DNA of 42,451 nt from Bacteroidales bacterium (GCA_030638325.1 DAOWEV010000111.1:1-42451), one strand, 5' to 3'. Shown: positions 27,395 through 37,286, numbered from the stretch's first letter. Notes: generated by a model not told the origin, from the letters alone. Program-made: numbers and translations.

Positions 27395-28513
27395 TTATTT
27401 AGCGTCAAAGCGATCAATATCATATTGATCCAAAGGATTTTCAAAATCGATCTTCCGTTCTTTAACTTTGGCAAAGTCTTCCAGTTTGTCTGGAAAAGTA
27501 TTATGTTGGTTAAGCTGGATGACCTCCTTGACCTTGTCAATAGGTATGGCCAGCATGGCACTGTCATCTTCCTCATAGGCATACCACATAACGCAGGTAA
27601 AAATGTCTGCTTTCTGAAATATCCCATTGCCTTTTTTTGTTTTCAGAATGATTCTGGAATCCGGAAATTTATCAAGGGCTTCTTTATAAGTATCATATTC
27701 ATAATTGATACAGCATTTGAGCTTGCCACACTGTCCGGCAAGTTTTTGGGGGTTCAGTGCAAGTTGTTGCGCCCTGGCGGTATTGGTTGTAACCGATCTG
27801 AAATTGGTGAGCCAGGTTGCGCAACAGAGTTCTCTGCCGCAAGAACCGATACCTCCAAGTCTGCTGGCTTCCTGTCTTACTCCGATCTGCCGCATTTCAA
27901 TCCTCACCCTGAACATTTCAGCAAGGACCCTGATCAACTCCCGGAAATCCACCCTCTCTTCGGCGGTATAATAAAAAATAGCCTTGGTCCCATCGCCCTG
28001 ATACTCAACATCGCTGATCTTCATATCCAGCTGGAGGTTGCCTGCAGCCTCTCTTGACCCGAACATGCTGTCATCTTCTTTTTCAACGGCATGCTTCCAT
28101 TTTTCAATATCGGAAATCCTGGCTTTGCGATAGACGCGTTTCAATTCCTTTTTCGGATCGACATTCTTTTTCTTCATCTGGATCCTGACGGCTTCACCGG
28201 ATAATGATACAATGCCGATGTCATGACCTGGAGAAGACTCAACAGCTACAATATCGCCATCATTTATTTCATATTCCGTATTGACCCTGAAAAAGTCTTT
28301 CCGGCTGTTCTTGAACCGTATTTCAACACAATCGAATTTCTTTTGTAAAGGCGCCGGATTGATGTCCTTCAGCCAGTTGTATGTATTTAGTTTTGCACAT
28401 CCGTTACTGTCTGCTTTCCTGTTGTCTTTTTCGTGGAACCGTGGGCTGTTGCAACACCCGCGTGAAAAAAAAGCCGGATCATATATATGTTTGTTGCTAT
28501 TATTATCTTCCAT
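27395..28513 (-). CDS. ricT: PSP1 domain protein (RicT/YaaT-like)
   Basis: The PSP1 C-terminal domain signature is AIFYYTAEERVDFRELIRVLAEMFRVRIEMRQIGVRQEA..GGIGSCGRELCC. Confidence 0.85.
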   Translation of the reverse strand: MEDNNSNKHIYDPAFFSRGCCNSPRFHEKDNRKADSNGCAKLNTYNWLKDINPAPLQKKFDCVEIRFKNSRKDFFRVNTEYEINDGDIVAVESSPGHDIGIVSLSGEAVRIQMKKKNVDPKKELKRVYRKARISDIEKWKHAVEKEDDSMFGSREAAGNLQLDMKISDVEYQGDGTKAIFYYTAEERVDFRELIRVLAEMFRVRIEMRQIGVRQEASRLGGIGSCGRELCCATWLTNFRSVTTNTARAQQLALNPQKLAGQCGKLKCCINYEYDTYKEALDKFPDSRIILKTKKGNGIFQKADIFTCVMWYAYEEDDSAMLAIPIDKVKEVIQLNQHNTFPDKLEDFAKVKERKIDFENPLDQYDIDRFDAK

Positions 28514-28531
28514 TACCTGGATTCTTTTTTA

Positions 28532-28539
28532 CAAAAATA
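28532..28539 (-). promoter_or_regulatory. -7 box TATTTTTG
   Basis: The + strand reads CAAAAATA, 19 nt upstream of the ricT ATG at 28513. Confidence 0.35.
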
Positions 28540-28626
28540 AGAATAATTGAATTGCCTGACATGGATAAATCTGAAATCGTTAATCAAGCAGGTTAAATTG
28601 CTGTTCAGTAAGTTTGAAATAAAAAC

Positions 28627-29772
28627 TTATTGTCTCAATAGCTTGGTAAGCGTCAGGGAGAGATCCATGAAAGTTATGTTGGGATATGCATTTCGTTCAA
28701 TATGATACTGGGCTTTGTCTATCTCTTCAGCAATACGAACCAGGTTTTTCTCATTGATAACAAGCGCAAAATTCTTTAGAAATTCAAATTCCTCTTCATT
28801 CATCCTTGCCTGTGAAGAGATACTATAATTGATAAGCATACAATTTCTGATCATGCCTGAAGCATAATTCAGAAAGTTCTTTTGTTTCTCTCTTCCCAAC
28901 CTGGAGATCTCAAGGATGAAATTATTCAGGTCGGAAATATCGAGTTTGTAGCAAAGCCGCATCCACCTGATGAAAGTATCAGTCAGAAATGTATTTTCTT
29001 CCACCTGTTGGATAATTCTCACGGCCGCTATCAAATTTCCATTGGCCAGCAAAGCTGTTTTCCTGGCTTCTTCTGCTGAGGCATCATACTGTTTTATCAG
29101 GGTTTCTTCCAGTTCCATATCACCGAGTTTTGGGATCCTGACAAGTTGTGTCCTGGAGCGAATGGTATTGATGATCTGGTCAGGTTGTTCGGAGATAAGT
29201 AAAAACAAGGTTTTTTCAGGGGGTTCCTCAAGTATCTTCAGGATTTTTGGGGCAGCCGCATGATGGAGTTTTTCTACCATCCAGATCACCATCACTTTAA
29301 ATTCGGATTCATAGCTTTTATAACTCAGTGTTCTCAGGATCTCACTGCAGTCATATGTATTGATGAACCCTTGTTTTTTTTCAATCCCAATGGCTTTATG
29401 CCAGTCGTTAAGAGAGAGCCTGAACTGATTTTCAAGGAGGGCGTTGCGCCATTCTGTAACAAAGTCCCGGCTTTTCGGTTTGGCTGACACTTTCCTGGTA
29501 GTAGCAACAGGGTAAATGAAATGCAGGTCGGGATGCACAAGCTTATTATATTTAATGCAGGAGGGGCAGGAGCCACATGAATCCATTGTGCCATCATCCG
29601 GAACCTTCTTATTGCGGCAATTGATAAATTGGGCATACGCAATGGCCAGGGCCAGTTTTCCGGAGCCTTCGGGGCCATAAAATAACTGTGCATGGCTCAC
29701 CCGGTTATCCTGAACCGACTGGATTAACTTCTGCTTTATAGCTGTTTGTCCGGTGATATTTTGAAAGAGCAT
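28627..29772 (-). CDS. holB: DNA polymerase III subunit delta'
   Basis: Contains HAQLFYGPEGSGKLALAIAYAQFINC (AAA+ P-loop) and a Zn module (CGSCPSC). I prefer the ATG at 29772 (MLFQNITGQ) to the GTG at 29790. Confidence 0.88.
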   Translation of the reverse strand: MLFQNITGQTAIKQKLIQSVQDNRVSHAQLFYGPEGSGKLALAIAYAQFINCRNKKVPDDGTMDSCGSCPSCIKYNKLVHPDLHFIYPVATTRKVSAKPKSRDFVTEWRNALLENQFRLSLNDWHKAIGIEKKQGFINTYDCSEILRTLSYKSYESEFKVMVIWMVEKLHHAAAPKILKILEEPPEKTLFLLISEQPDQIINTIRSRTQLVRIPKLGDMELEETLIKQYDASAEEARKTALLANGNLIAAVRIIQQVEENTFLTDTFIRWMRLCYKLDISDLNNFILEISRLGREKQKNFLNYASGMIRNCMLINYSISSQARMNEEEFEFLKNFALVINEKNLVRIAEEIDKAQYHIERNAYPNITFMDLSLTLTKLLRQ

Positions 29773-29865
29773 AATATTGTTGAATAACACAGGAGGTAAA
29801 TCCTGTATTTACCAGAATTGATCCTGAAATCCTTCAGGTGCAAAACAGGTACCTGGATTCCGTAC

Positions 29866-30618
29866 TCAGGATTTTTGTGTGCCTATCCTGGCGCCGAAAA
29901 ATTCGCGGTTCATCCTGGCGATATTTGTTACAGAGATGCCTTTCGGGCACTCAGCTTCGCAGGCATAGGTGTTGGTGCAGTTCCCAAAGCCCAGCTCATC
30001 CATTTTTCTGACCATGGCCTGTACCCTTTGTTTGGCTTCCACTTTTCCCTGTTGCAACAAAGCAAACTGAGACACCTTGGCCGATACAAAGAGCATGGCG
30101 GATGCATTTTTGCATGCTGCCACACAGGCTGCACAACCAATGCACACAGCCGAATCAAAGGCTTCATCTGCCTTATCCTTCCTGATCAGAATTGAATTAG
30201 CATCCTGAGCGGTGCCTGCCTCGTTAGAAATAAAGCCACCTGCTATTAGTATCTTATCAAAAGCATGCCTGTCCACAATCAGGTCTTTGAGAACGGGGAA
30301 ACCCCTGGATCGCCAGGGCTCAATAACAATGGTCTTCCCTTCTTTAAACGATCGCATATGCAGTTCACAGGTCGTCGTCTTTTCACCCGGTCCGTGCGGG
30401 CGCCCGTTTATATATAAACTGCAACATCCGCAAATACCTTCCCTGCAATCATGTTCAAAAGCCACCGGGTCATCACCTTGCAGAATCAATTTTGTATTCA
30501 AGGCATCCAGCATTTCAAGAAATGACATCTCAGGACTAGCATTCTCCAGGGTGTATTTGACAAATTTCCCTTTTTCTTTAGCGCTCTTTTGCCGCCAAAC
30601 TTTGAGCTTAATATTCAT
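29866..30618 (-). CDS. sdhB: Succinate dehydrogenase/fumarate reductase iron-sulfur subunit
   Basis: Three Cys clusters are present: [20 protein letters not shown] and [12 protein letters not shown]. The start is set at MNIKLKVW, 28 nt after the sdhA stop; the longer ORF-track start would overlap sdhA. Confidence 0.92.
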   Translation of the reverse strand: MNIKLKVWRQKSAKEKGKFVKYTLENASPEMSFLEMLDALNTKLILQGDDPVAFEHDCREGICGCCSLYINGRPHGPGEKTTTCELHMRSFKEGKTIVIEPWRSRGFPVLKDLIVDRHAFDKILIAGGFISNEAGTAQDANSILIRKDKADEAFDSAVCIGCAACVAACKNASAMLFVSAKVSQFALLQQGKVEAKQRVQAMVRKMDELGFGNCTNTYACEAECPKGISVTNIARMNREFFGARIGTQKS

Positions 30619-30646
30619 TGTTATTTTTATTTGATAATTCCGTGTT

Positions 30647-32566
30647 TCACTTATAGCTTCTTTCTTTGACCTCCACATTTTCAAATTTCAGATCTTCCTT
30701 ATGCATCAGGGGGGGCTTGTTTTCCCCATTATACTCCCATGCTGTTACATACGAATAATTGCGGTCATCGCGTTTTGCTTCGCCCGTTTCGGTCTGGCTC
30801 TCTTCCCTGAAATGAGCGCCACAGGATTCCTTGCGGTTTAATGCGTCGGTCACCAATAATTTTGCCAGTTCAAAGAAATCAGCTACACGCCCCGCTTTTT
30901 CAAGTTCCTGGTTCAATTCGTTTGCAGTTGCCGGTACTTTTACATCACGCCAGAATTCCTGTTCTAATTCTTCGACCATTCCCATCGCTTTCTTTAATCC
31001 CGCCTCATTCCTGGTCATTCCACAATAATCCCAGAGGATCTTACCGAGCCGCTTATGGAATGATGTAACAGTCTGGGAGCCATTGATAGTTAGCAATTTA
31101 TGGATCTTTTCCTGAACGGTTTTTTGAGCTTCTTCAAATTCCGGTTTATCGACCGGTATCCTCGGTGTCCTGATCTCATCAGCGAGGTAACTTGTTATGG
31201 TATTAGGGATGATAAAATACCCGTCTCCGGCGCATTGCATCAAGGAACTTGCACCCAGCCTGTTGGCGCCATGGTCCGAAAAATTAGACTCACCAATGGC
31301 AAACAGGCCGGGGATGGTTGTCATCAGGTTGTAATCCACCCATAAACCACCCATGGTATAATGTCCTGCCGGATAAATCCTCATGGGTTCTTCATAAGAA
31401 TTGATACCGGTGGTCTTCTCATACATTTCGAAAAGATTTCCATATTTATTTTCAATGGCTTTCTTACCTTGTTTATCAATTGCATCCTTGAAGTCAAGAT
31501 TTACAGCTAAGCCTGTATCGCCGACTCCATAACCGGCATCACACCTTTCTTTGGCAGCTCTTGAGCCAACATCTCTCGGCACCAGATTTCCGTAAGCAGG
31601 GTACCTTCTCTCGAGGTAATAATCCCTTTCATCTTCAGGGATATCATTAGCAGGTCTTTTGTCTCCCTTTTTCTTTGGAACCCAAACCCTGCCGTCATTT
31701 CTCAGGGATTCCGACATAAGGGTTAATTTTGACTGGTAATCATTTAATACCGGGATGCTTGAAGGATGTATCTGAACAAAGCTCGGGTTTCCGAAAAAAG
31801 CTCCTTTTTTATAAGCTGCCCAGGCAGCAGACCCATTAGAATTAACAGCTAAAGTAGAAAGGTAGTAAATGGTTCCGTAGCCACCGGTAGCGAGAACGAC
31901 AGCATGTCCGGAATGCCTTTCCAGTTCCCCGGTCACTAAATTCCTGGTGATGATACCCCTGGCTTTTCCATCGATGACCACCAGTTCAAGCATCTCCCGG
32001 CGGCTGTACATGGTGACGGTTCCCTTACCGATTTGCCGTAAAAGGCCCGAATAAGCGCCCAGCAAGCACTGCTGACCGGTTTGTCCTTTCGCATAAAAAG
32101 TCCTTGACACCTGAACACCTCCAAACGACCTGTTATCCAAAGCTCCTCCATATTCTCTTGCAAATGGTACTCCCTGGGCAGTAAGCTGGTCAATGGTAGC
32201 ATTGCTAACTTCCGCAGCGCGGTACACATTGGCCTCTCTTGCACGGTAATCCCCGCCTTTTATCATATCGTAAAACAACCGGTATACACTGTCGCCATCA
32301 TGTTTATAATTTTTAGCAGCATTGATGCCCCCCTGGGCTGCGACGGAATGTGCCCTTCTCGGGGTGTCCTGGAAACAAAAAACCTTTACATTGTATCCAA
32401 GCTCTCCCAGGGAAGATGCGGCTGCACTGCCCGCAAGCCCGGTCCCGACCAGGATAATATCCAGCTTCTTCTTGTTGGCGGGATTCACTAATTTATGAGA
32501 TGATCTGTAATTGGTCCATTTCTCGGTCAGAGGGCCTTCCGGAATTTTTGAATCTAATTTTATCAT
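30647..32566 (-). CDS. sdhA: Succinate dehydrogenase/fumarate reductase flavoprotein subunit
   Basis: Contains the FAD fold [11 protein letters not shown], the covalent-FAD His motif [14 protein letters not shown], and [14 protein letters not shown]. Confidence 0.95.
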   Translation of the reverse strand: MIKLDSKIPEGPLTEKWTNYRSSHKLVNPANKKKLDIILVGTGLAGSAAASSLGELGYNVKVFCFQDTPRRAHSVAAQGGINAAKNYKHDGDSVYRLFYDMIKGGDYRAREANVYRAAEVSNATIDQLTAQGVPFAREYGGALDNRSFGGVQVSRTFYAKGQTGQQCLLGAYSGLLRQIGKGTVTMYSRREMLELVVIDGKARGIITRNLVTGELERHSGHAVVLATGGYGTIYYLSTLAVNSNGSAAWAAYKKGAFFGNPSFVQIHPSSIPVLNDYQSKLTLMSESLRNDGRVWVPKKKGDKRPANDIPEDERDYYLERRYPAYGNLVPRDVGSRAAKERCDAGYGVGDTGLAVNLDFKDAIDKQGKKAIENKYGNLFEMYEKTTGINSYEEPMRIYPAGHYTMGGLWVDYNLMTTIPGLFAIGESNFSDHGANRLGASSLMQCAGDGYFIIPNTITSYLADEIRTPRIPVDKPEFEEAQKTVQEKIHKLLTINGSQTVTSFHKRLGKILWDYCGMTRNEAGLKKAMGMVEELEQEFWRDVKVPATANELNQELEKAGRVADFFELAKLLVTDALNRKESCGAHFREESQTETGEAKRDDRNYSYVTAWEYNGENKPPLMHKEDLKFENVEVKERSYK

Positions 32567-32601
32567 GAGTCAATATTAATTATTGATGGAACAATTCTTT
32601 T

Positions 32602-33282
32602 TTAATAATAAATGATGAAGTACAATGGGATCAGTATGAATCCAAGGGGGACCACGATGGAATAAAAATCACCCACCGCCTTGATGAAAGGAGTGTATTT
32701 TGAATGATTCAGCCCCAGTGACTGAAACGCCGACTGGAAAGCATGGTTTAGATGGAATCCCATCAAAATGAACAATACGATATAAATGCCCGAATAAATT
32801 TTATTTGAAAACAAGTTGATGGCCATGTTGTAAAAGTCATGGTCGTCAGCCACCCGGGACATCCCCTCGGGGGCTTCTGTCAATCCAAGCTTCACAAAGT
32901 AAAAATTCCCTAAATGGATGATCAGGAAAATTAAGATCACCACCCCGGTATAGATCATATATTTAGAGAAGAAAGACCCCTGAGAATGGTTTGATTTTGC
33001 ATACCTGACGGGCCTGGCCATCCAGTTCCGGAGCTGAAGAATGATCCCGATGAGGATGTGGACCAGGAATCCTCCAAATAAAAATATCTCCATGATCTTT
33101 ATCAGGGGATTGGTGGTCATGAAATGAACCCCATCCCTGAAAATATCCTGATGATTTTCGGTAAAGGGTATGATAAAAAGGTTGATCCCTAAATGAATCA
33201 GTAGAAATACCATCAGGAGAAATCCTGCCAACGCCATGATATATTTCTTAGTCAGCGATGAATACCTTAGCATTTTACTCAT
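32602..33282 (-). CDS. sdhC: Succinate dehydrogenase/fumarate reductase cytochrome b subunit (Bacteroides-type)
   Basis: Five hydrophobic helices with conserved His residues, positioned first in the C-A-B operon. I prefer the ATG at 33282 (MSKML). Confidence 0.8.
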   Translation of the reverse strand: MSKMLRYSSLTKKYIMALAGFLLMVFLLIHLGINLFIIPFTENHQDIFRDGVHFMTTNPLIKIMEIFLFGGFLVHILIGIILQLRNWMARPVRYAKSNHSQGSFFSKYMIYTGVVILIFLIIHLGNFYFVKLGLTEAPEGMSRVADDHDFYNMAINLFSNKIYSGIYIVLFILMGFHLNHAFQSAFQSLGLNHSKYTPFIKAVGDFYSIVVPLGFILIPLYFIIYY

Positions 33283-33350
33283 GATTAACAAGTTTTTTAA
33301 GTAGCTGATATTTTAAAATTTTTACACTGTTTTAAATAAAAAGCAGTTCT

Positions 33351-33370
33351 TTTGTGAAAGAATTCACAAA
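33351..33370. promoter_or_regulatory. Perfect CRP-family-type palindrome TGTGA-N6-TCACA (8-bp arms)
   Basis: The sequence is TTTGTGAAagaaTTCACAAA, and 33353-33368 equals TGTGAaagaatTCACA. It lies in the sdhC/pepP divergent spacer and overlaps the sdhC -7 box. Confidence 0.4.
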
Positions 33371-33374
33371 GGTA
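33367..33374 (-). promoter_or_regulatory. -7 box TACCTTTG for sdhCAB
   Basis: The + strand reads CAAAGGTA, about 85 nt upstream of the sdhC ATG. Confidence 0.35.
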
Positions 33375-33455
33375 AAATAAATCTCATTCTATGTTTTCAG
33401 TTTAACACCTTTTAGAATAATTTTTATTGAGTTTAAATAATAAGACTTTATAATT

Positions 33456-34742
33456 ATGAAATATCCGGAAATTAACCCCAGGCTGTTTATCACCAACCGT
33501 AAGAATTTTATAAAGATGATGGACCCAAATTCCCTCGCTGTCTTTCATTCAAATGATGAATTCCCCAGGAACGGCGACCAGAACTTTCCTTTCAGGCAAA
33601 ATTCCGACATGTTTTACCTGACGGGGATCGACCAGGAGAAAACAATACTGTTGTTATTTCCCGGTTGCCCGAACAAAGAACTGCGGGAAGTGCTGTTCGT
33701 CAGGCAGACGAATGAAAAGATTGCCGTCTGGGAAGGGCATAAGTATACTAAAGAAGAGGCTAAAAAGACATCCGGCATTAAAAAGATCATATGGTCGGAA
33801 GAGTTTGATGCGGCCCTGACGGAGGTAATGACATATGCAGATAAGGTTTATCTTAACACTTACGAATACATTAAGTATTTCAATGAAGTGCCATACAGGG
33901 ATATGCGATTTTCACATGAGATCCGGAACAGGTATCCCAATCACGAATACAAGAGGACAGCGCCCATTATTGCATCCCTGAGAACGGTTAAATCGCCCAT
34001 TGAGATCGACCTGATCCGGAAAGCTGTTGATATAACTGAAAAGGCATTCCGCAGGGTGCTGGCATTTGTGAAGCCCGGAGTTATGGAATACGAGGTACAG
34101 GCAGAGATCGGGCACGAATTCGCCATCAACCGGGCCAACGGCCACGCTTACCTGCCCATCATCGGCTCCGGCAAAAACTCTTGTGTGTTGCATTATATTG
34201 ATAATGACCAGGTTTGCCAGGATAATTCCCTGTTGCTGATGGATTTTGGGGCCGAATATGCCAATTATGCCGCAGACCTTACCCGTACCATTCCGGTCAA
34301 CGGCCGGTTTACCAAACGGCAACTCGACTGTTATAAGGCTGTGCTGGATGTACAGCGGGAAGCCATCAGGATGTTGGTGCCGGGAAATACGATTGACAAA
34401 CTGAATGGAGAGGTCAATAAGCTGATGGAGCAGAAGATGATCGAACTTGGCTTATTCACGAGAGAGGATGTCGACAAGCAGGATCCGGAAAATCCATTGC
34501 GCCAAAAGTATTTCATGCACGGAACCTCGCATTTTCTGGGCCTGGATGTTCATGATGTCGGCTCTAAGTACGAACAATTGAAGCCCGGTATGGTATTAAC
34601 CTGCGAACCGGGCCTGTATATTCCGGAAGAAGAGATTGGCATCCGGCTCGAAAACAATATCCTGGTAACAGATAAGGGGCCTGTGGACCTGACAGCGAAC
34701 ATCCCCATAGAACCTGGTGAAATTGAAAAGTTGATGCATTAA
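33456..34742 (+). CDS. pepP: Xaa-Pro aminopeptidase (M24B)
   Basis: Has an AMP_N-like N-terminal domain. The M24 metal ligands are present: DFGAEYANYAADLTRT, HGTSHFLGLDVHD, CEPGLY and IRLENN. Confidence 0.88.
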   Translation: MKYPEINPRLFITNRKNFIKMMDPNSLAVFHSNDEFPRNGDQNFPFRQNSDMFYLTGIDQEKTILLLFPGCPNKELREVLFVRQTNEKIAVWEGHKYTKEEAKKTSGIKKIIWSEEFDAALTEVMTYADKVYLNTYEYIKYFNEVPYRDMRFSHEIRNRYPNHEYKRTAPIIASLRTVKSPIEIDLIRKAVDITEKAFRRVLAFVKPGVMEYEVQAEIGHEFAINRANGHAYLPIIGSGKNSCVLHYIDNDQVCQDNSLLLMDFGAEYANYAADLTRTIPVNGRFTKRQLDCYKAVLDVQREAIRMLVPGNTIDKLNGEVNKLMEQKMIELGLFTREDVDKQDPENPLRQKYFMHGTSHFLGLDVHDVGSKYEQLKPGMVLTCEPGLYIPEEEIGIRLENNILVTDKGPVDLTANIPIEPGEIEKLMH

Positions 34743-34823
34743 TGGCCGCGCCTTCCCGAGCTAAACTCATGTTCCGGGGGATACGACTTGTTTATTCAAC
34801 ATTATCAACAAAACCTGGGAAAA

Positions 34824-34901
34824 AATAAGGTAATAAGGTTTTAGGTCGCGTTTCTAATTATTTTTCATAACGGCCACCTTATAAACCTTATTAACCTTAT
34901 T
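34824..34901. repeat. Word dyad: 2 x ATAAGGT then 3 x ACCTTAT
   Basis: AATAAGGTAATAAGGTT (34824-34840) faces ACCTTATAAACCTTATTAACCTTATT (34876-34901), with a 35-nt loop. Confidence 0.75.
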
Positions 34902-35015
34902 GAAGACATAGTTTGTTAAAATATATAAGAAACTCATTTTTATTCCCCGGCACATCGAAATAATAGTAAAAATCCCCCCTCTAAGAAGATGGCTTTGAAT
35001 TGCACTCATTGGGCG

Positions 35016-35127
35016 TTGAAGAATGGAATACTGGAATACTGGAAGAATGGAGAAATTGCTACTTTCAAAGACTCGAAATTGAGCCAATTCCAACATTCCA
35101 ATATTCCAACATTCCATCGTTCCAACC
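35016..35127. repeat. Word dyad with 8-nt period: GGAAT words then ATTCC words
   Basis: ATGGAATACTGGAATACTGGAA (35023-35044) is complementary to TTCCAATATTCCAACATTCCAT (35096-35117) at 19/22 positions. There are five ATTCC words on the right arm. Confidence 0.8.
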
Positions 35128-35274
35128 ATCAAAGAAGGTGGATTTCTAATTCAAATTAAATCTAATTTTTTGCCGGTCAGCTGCGTCTTATAATAAAATA
35201 TTAATTTTAGCGGCTATTTGAAAAAACAGAACAATTCGAAATCATTTAAAAAAAAATTATAAATCAAAAACCAT

Positions 35275-36663
35275 ATGTTCAAACAAGAAGTCTATAGCAA
35301 TCGCAGAAACCGGTTGAGAAATGAAGTCTCCTCAGGGATCATCTTACTGCCCGGCAATATGGAAGCCTCTATGAATTATCTTGCCAATACTTACCATTTC
35401 AGGCAGGACAGCAATTTCCTATATTATTTCGGACTGGATCATCCGGACCTCGCAGGAGTGCTGGACATCGATGAAAACAAAGATTATATCTTCGGCAATG
35501 ATGTGGATATGGATGATATCATCTGGATGGGGCCACAGCCTTCGATGAAGGATCAGGCACTGAAAGTGGGAGTAGAGAACACCAGCCCGCTGTCGGCATT
35601 AGGCCCATTTATTAAAAATGCACTCGCTGGCGGCAGGCAGGTCCATATTGTTCCTCCGTATCGTGGAAAGACGATGATCTGGCTGGAGGACCTGTTGGGA
35701 GTACATCATTCCGAAGTGAAGAATTTTGTTTCCGAAGAATTGATAAGAGGCATAGTAAAAATGCGCTCGGTCAAGGATGAGTATGAGATCCGGGAGATCG
35801 AAGGGGCCGTGGATGTGGCTTATGAGATGCACACTACTGCCATGAAACTGGCAAACCCAGGTCTCCGGGAGCAGGAGATTGTGGGGGCGGTGGAAGGCAT
35901 TTCCATCTCCTACGGCGGCCCGGTGTCTTTCCCGGTGATCCTGAGCATGGACGGACAGACCTTGCACAATCACTATCATGGTAACATTTTAACGGAAGGC
36001 AGGATGATGGTGACGGATGCCGGCTCGGAATCTTCCCTGAGATATGCCAGCGACATCACCAGGACTGTGCCGGTAGGCGGAAAATTCAATGAGCGCCAGA
36101 AAGAAATTTATGAGATCGTGTTGAAAGCCAATACCGATACCATTGCGGCAATGAAGCCGGGCGTTCTCTACAGGGATATTCACCTGATGGCGGCCAGGAT
36201 CATCGCCGGCGGACTGAAAGAGCTGGGCCTGATGATGGGAGATGTTGACGAAGCTGTGGCACAGGGTGCCCACGCCTTGTTTTTCCCGCATGGCCTGGGC
36301 CATATGATGGGCCTCGATGTGCATGATATGGAAGGCCTCGGAGAGAATTATGTAGGGTACGATCAAAATATCAAGCGCAGCGATCAGTTCGGACTGGCGT
36401 TTCTGCGCCTCGCAAGAAAGCTAGAACCAGGCTTTGTGCTGACCGACGAACCGGGCATCTATTTCATCCCGGCCCTGATCGACCTCTGGAAAAAGGAAAA
36501 CAAGTTCACGGATTTTATCAACTATGCCGTGGTTGATGCGTATAAAGATTTCGGCGGCATCCGCATAGAAGACGACATCCTGATCACCGATGACGGCTAC
36601 CGTGTCCTTGGAAAACCCATTCCGAAAACGATAGAGGATGTGGAACGGATTATGTCGGAATGA
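35275..36663 (+). CDS. Aminopeptidase P family protein (M24B), second paralogue
   Basis: Metal ligand motifs are DAGSESSLRYASDITRT, HGLGHMMGLDVHD, DEPGIY and IRIEDD. Confidence 0.88.
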   Translation: MFKQEVYSNRRNRLRNEVSSGIILLPGNMEASMNYLANTYHFRQDSNFLYYFGLDHPDLAGVLDIDENKDYIFGNDVDMDDIIWMGPQPSMKDQALKVGVENTSPLSALGPFIKNALAGGRQVHIVPPYRGKTMIWLEDLLGVHHSEVKNFVSEELIRGIVKMRSVKDEYEIREIEGAVDVAYEMHTTAMKLANPGLREQEIVGAVEGISISYGGPVSFPVILSMDGQTLHNHYHGNILTEGRMMVTDAGSESSLRYASDITRTVPVGGKFNERQKEIYEIVLKANTDTIAAMKPGVLYRDIHLMAARIIAGGLKELGLMMGDVDEAVAQGAHALFFPHGLGHMMGLDVHDMEGLGENYVGYDQNIKRSDQFGLAFLRLARKLEPGFVLTDEPGIYFIPALIDLWKKENKFTDFINYAVVDAYKDFGGIRIEDDILITDDGYRVLGKPIPKTIEDVERIMSE

Positions 36664-36703
36664 CGAGGCAGCTATTTCGCTTATTCACGCCTCTCCCGCT
36701 CAG

Positions 36704-36801
36704 GATTTATTATTTATTATTTACTATTTATTATTTACTGTTAACTGTTTACTATTAACTGTCAGCTGTCAGCTGTCAACTGTTAACTGTCAACTACTCA
36801 C
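36704..36801. repeat. 14-unit degenerate heptanucleotide tandem array
   Basis: The units, in one register, read gatttat tatttat tatttac tatttat tatttac tgttaac tgtttac tattaac tgtcagc tgtcagc tgtcaac tgttaac tgtcaac tactcac. The array starts 41 nt after the stop of the M24B gene. Confidence 0.9.
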
Positions 36802-36813
36802 GTCTTTGTTTCC

Positions 36814-36841
36814 GGCTTCGGACTTCGGTCTTCCGACTTCC
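36814..36841. repeat. 4-unit heptamer array GNCTTCS
   Basis: The units read ggcttcg gacttcg gtcttcc gacttcc. A near-palindrome CCCGAAAGCTTTCAGGG and another GGACTTC word follow. Confidence 0.7.
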
Positions 36842-36930
36842 CCCGAAAGCTTTCAGGGTCGGACTTCTTTGAATTTTCAACAAATTAACAATTATTTTCT
36901 CTAAAATGTTGCCAGTTCAGAATAACATTC

Positions 36931-36938
36931 TATTTTTG
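36931..36938 (+). promoter_or_regulatory. -7 box TATTTTTG
   Basis: Lies 44 nt upstream of the ATG at 36982. Confidence 0.4.
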
Positions 36939-36981
36939 CCGGCTTTTACAAATTAGTTTTAACCTTAAAAATGAAAGAAAC

Positions 36982-37263
36982 ATGGAAAACATAATTAACG
37001 AAAACCTGAGAAACAACTGTGCAAACGCATTGACTGTACTGGAAAAAGCGAAAGATCAAAACACCGTTGAACTGCAATCGAAACTGATCTGGTGCATGGG
37101 AAGTTATGATAATGACAAAAATCCTGTGGGCCTGCACGAATATGGTGTTGTCGCTCTTGAAACCTTAAAAAATATCAAGAAAAACAACCCCAGGAGGATC
37201 AATAAAAAGATCATTGAAGGATTGGAAAAAGGTATCAGGGATTATGAAATCAGTTTGAATTGA
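36982..37263 (+). CDS. Small hypothetical protein (93 aa, predicted helical, no signal peptide)
   Basis: ATG start, its own -7 box upstream and a strong intrinsic terminator downstream. I recognise no family. Confidence 0.5.
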   Translation: MENIINENLRNNCANALTVLEKAKDQNTVELQSKLIWCMGSYDNDKNPVGLHEYGVVALETLKNIKKNNPRRINKKIIEGLEKGIRDYEISLN

Positions 37264-37286
37264 TTTCTTTAAGAATCTCATTAAGA

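Noticed and set aside
27386-28057. 223-aa plus-strand ORF
   Set aside because: It lies entirely antisense to the strongly motif-supported ricT (PSP1) gene. It has low-complexity composition and no recognisable motifs, so it is a shadow ORF.
29791-29865. Short hairpins (ACAGGA/TCCTGT, CCTGAA/TTCAGG, CAGGTACCTG) after sdhB as an intrinsic terminator
   Set aside because: The stems are only 5-6 bp with no convincing U-tract on the minus strand. This is too weak to call.
34859-34870. 12-nt identity TATTTTTCATAA shared by the loop of the 34824-34901 dyad and the interior of the 41960-42160 inverted repeat (42035-42046); on the minus strand both read TTATGAAAAATA, opening with ATG AAA AAT
   Set aside because: It is an AT-rich 12-mer, and chance matches of this length are expected many times in 42 kb. 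It is suggestive of a shared remnant but not distinguishable from coincidence without genome-wide data.
34854-35132. 92-aa minus-strand ORF between the two aminopeptidase genes
   Set aside because: Its translation runs straight through the GGAAT/ATTCC and ATAAGGT/ACCTTAT word repeats (MECWNIGMLE...), so it is an artefact of low-complexity DNA.
36704-36801. Possible CRISPR array, given the many regularly spaced short repeats here and in other spacers
   Set aside because: The units are 7-11 nt and contiguous or nearly so, with no 25-40 nt unique spacers and no cas genes. This is not CRISPR architecture.
36638-36904. 88-aa plus-strand ORF after the second aminopeptidase gene
   Set aside because: It translates the heptamer array (LLFTVNCLLLTVSCQLSTVNCQLLT) and overlaps the 3' end of a real gene. 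It is not coding.
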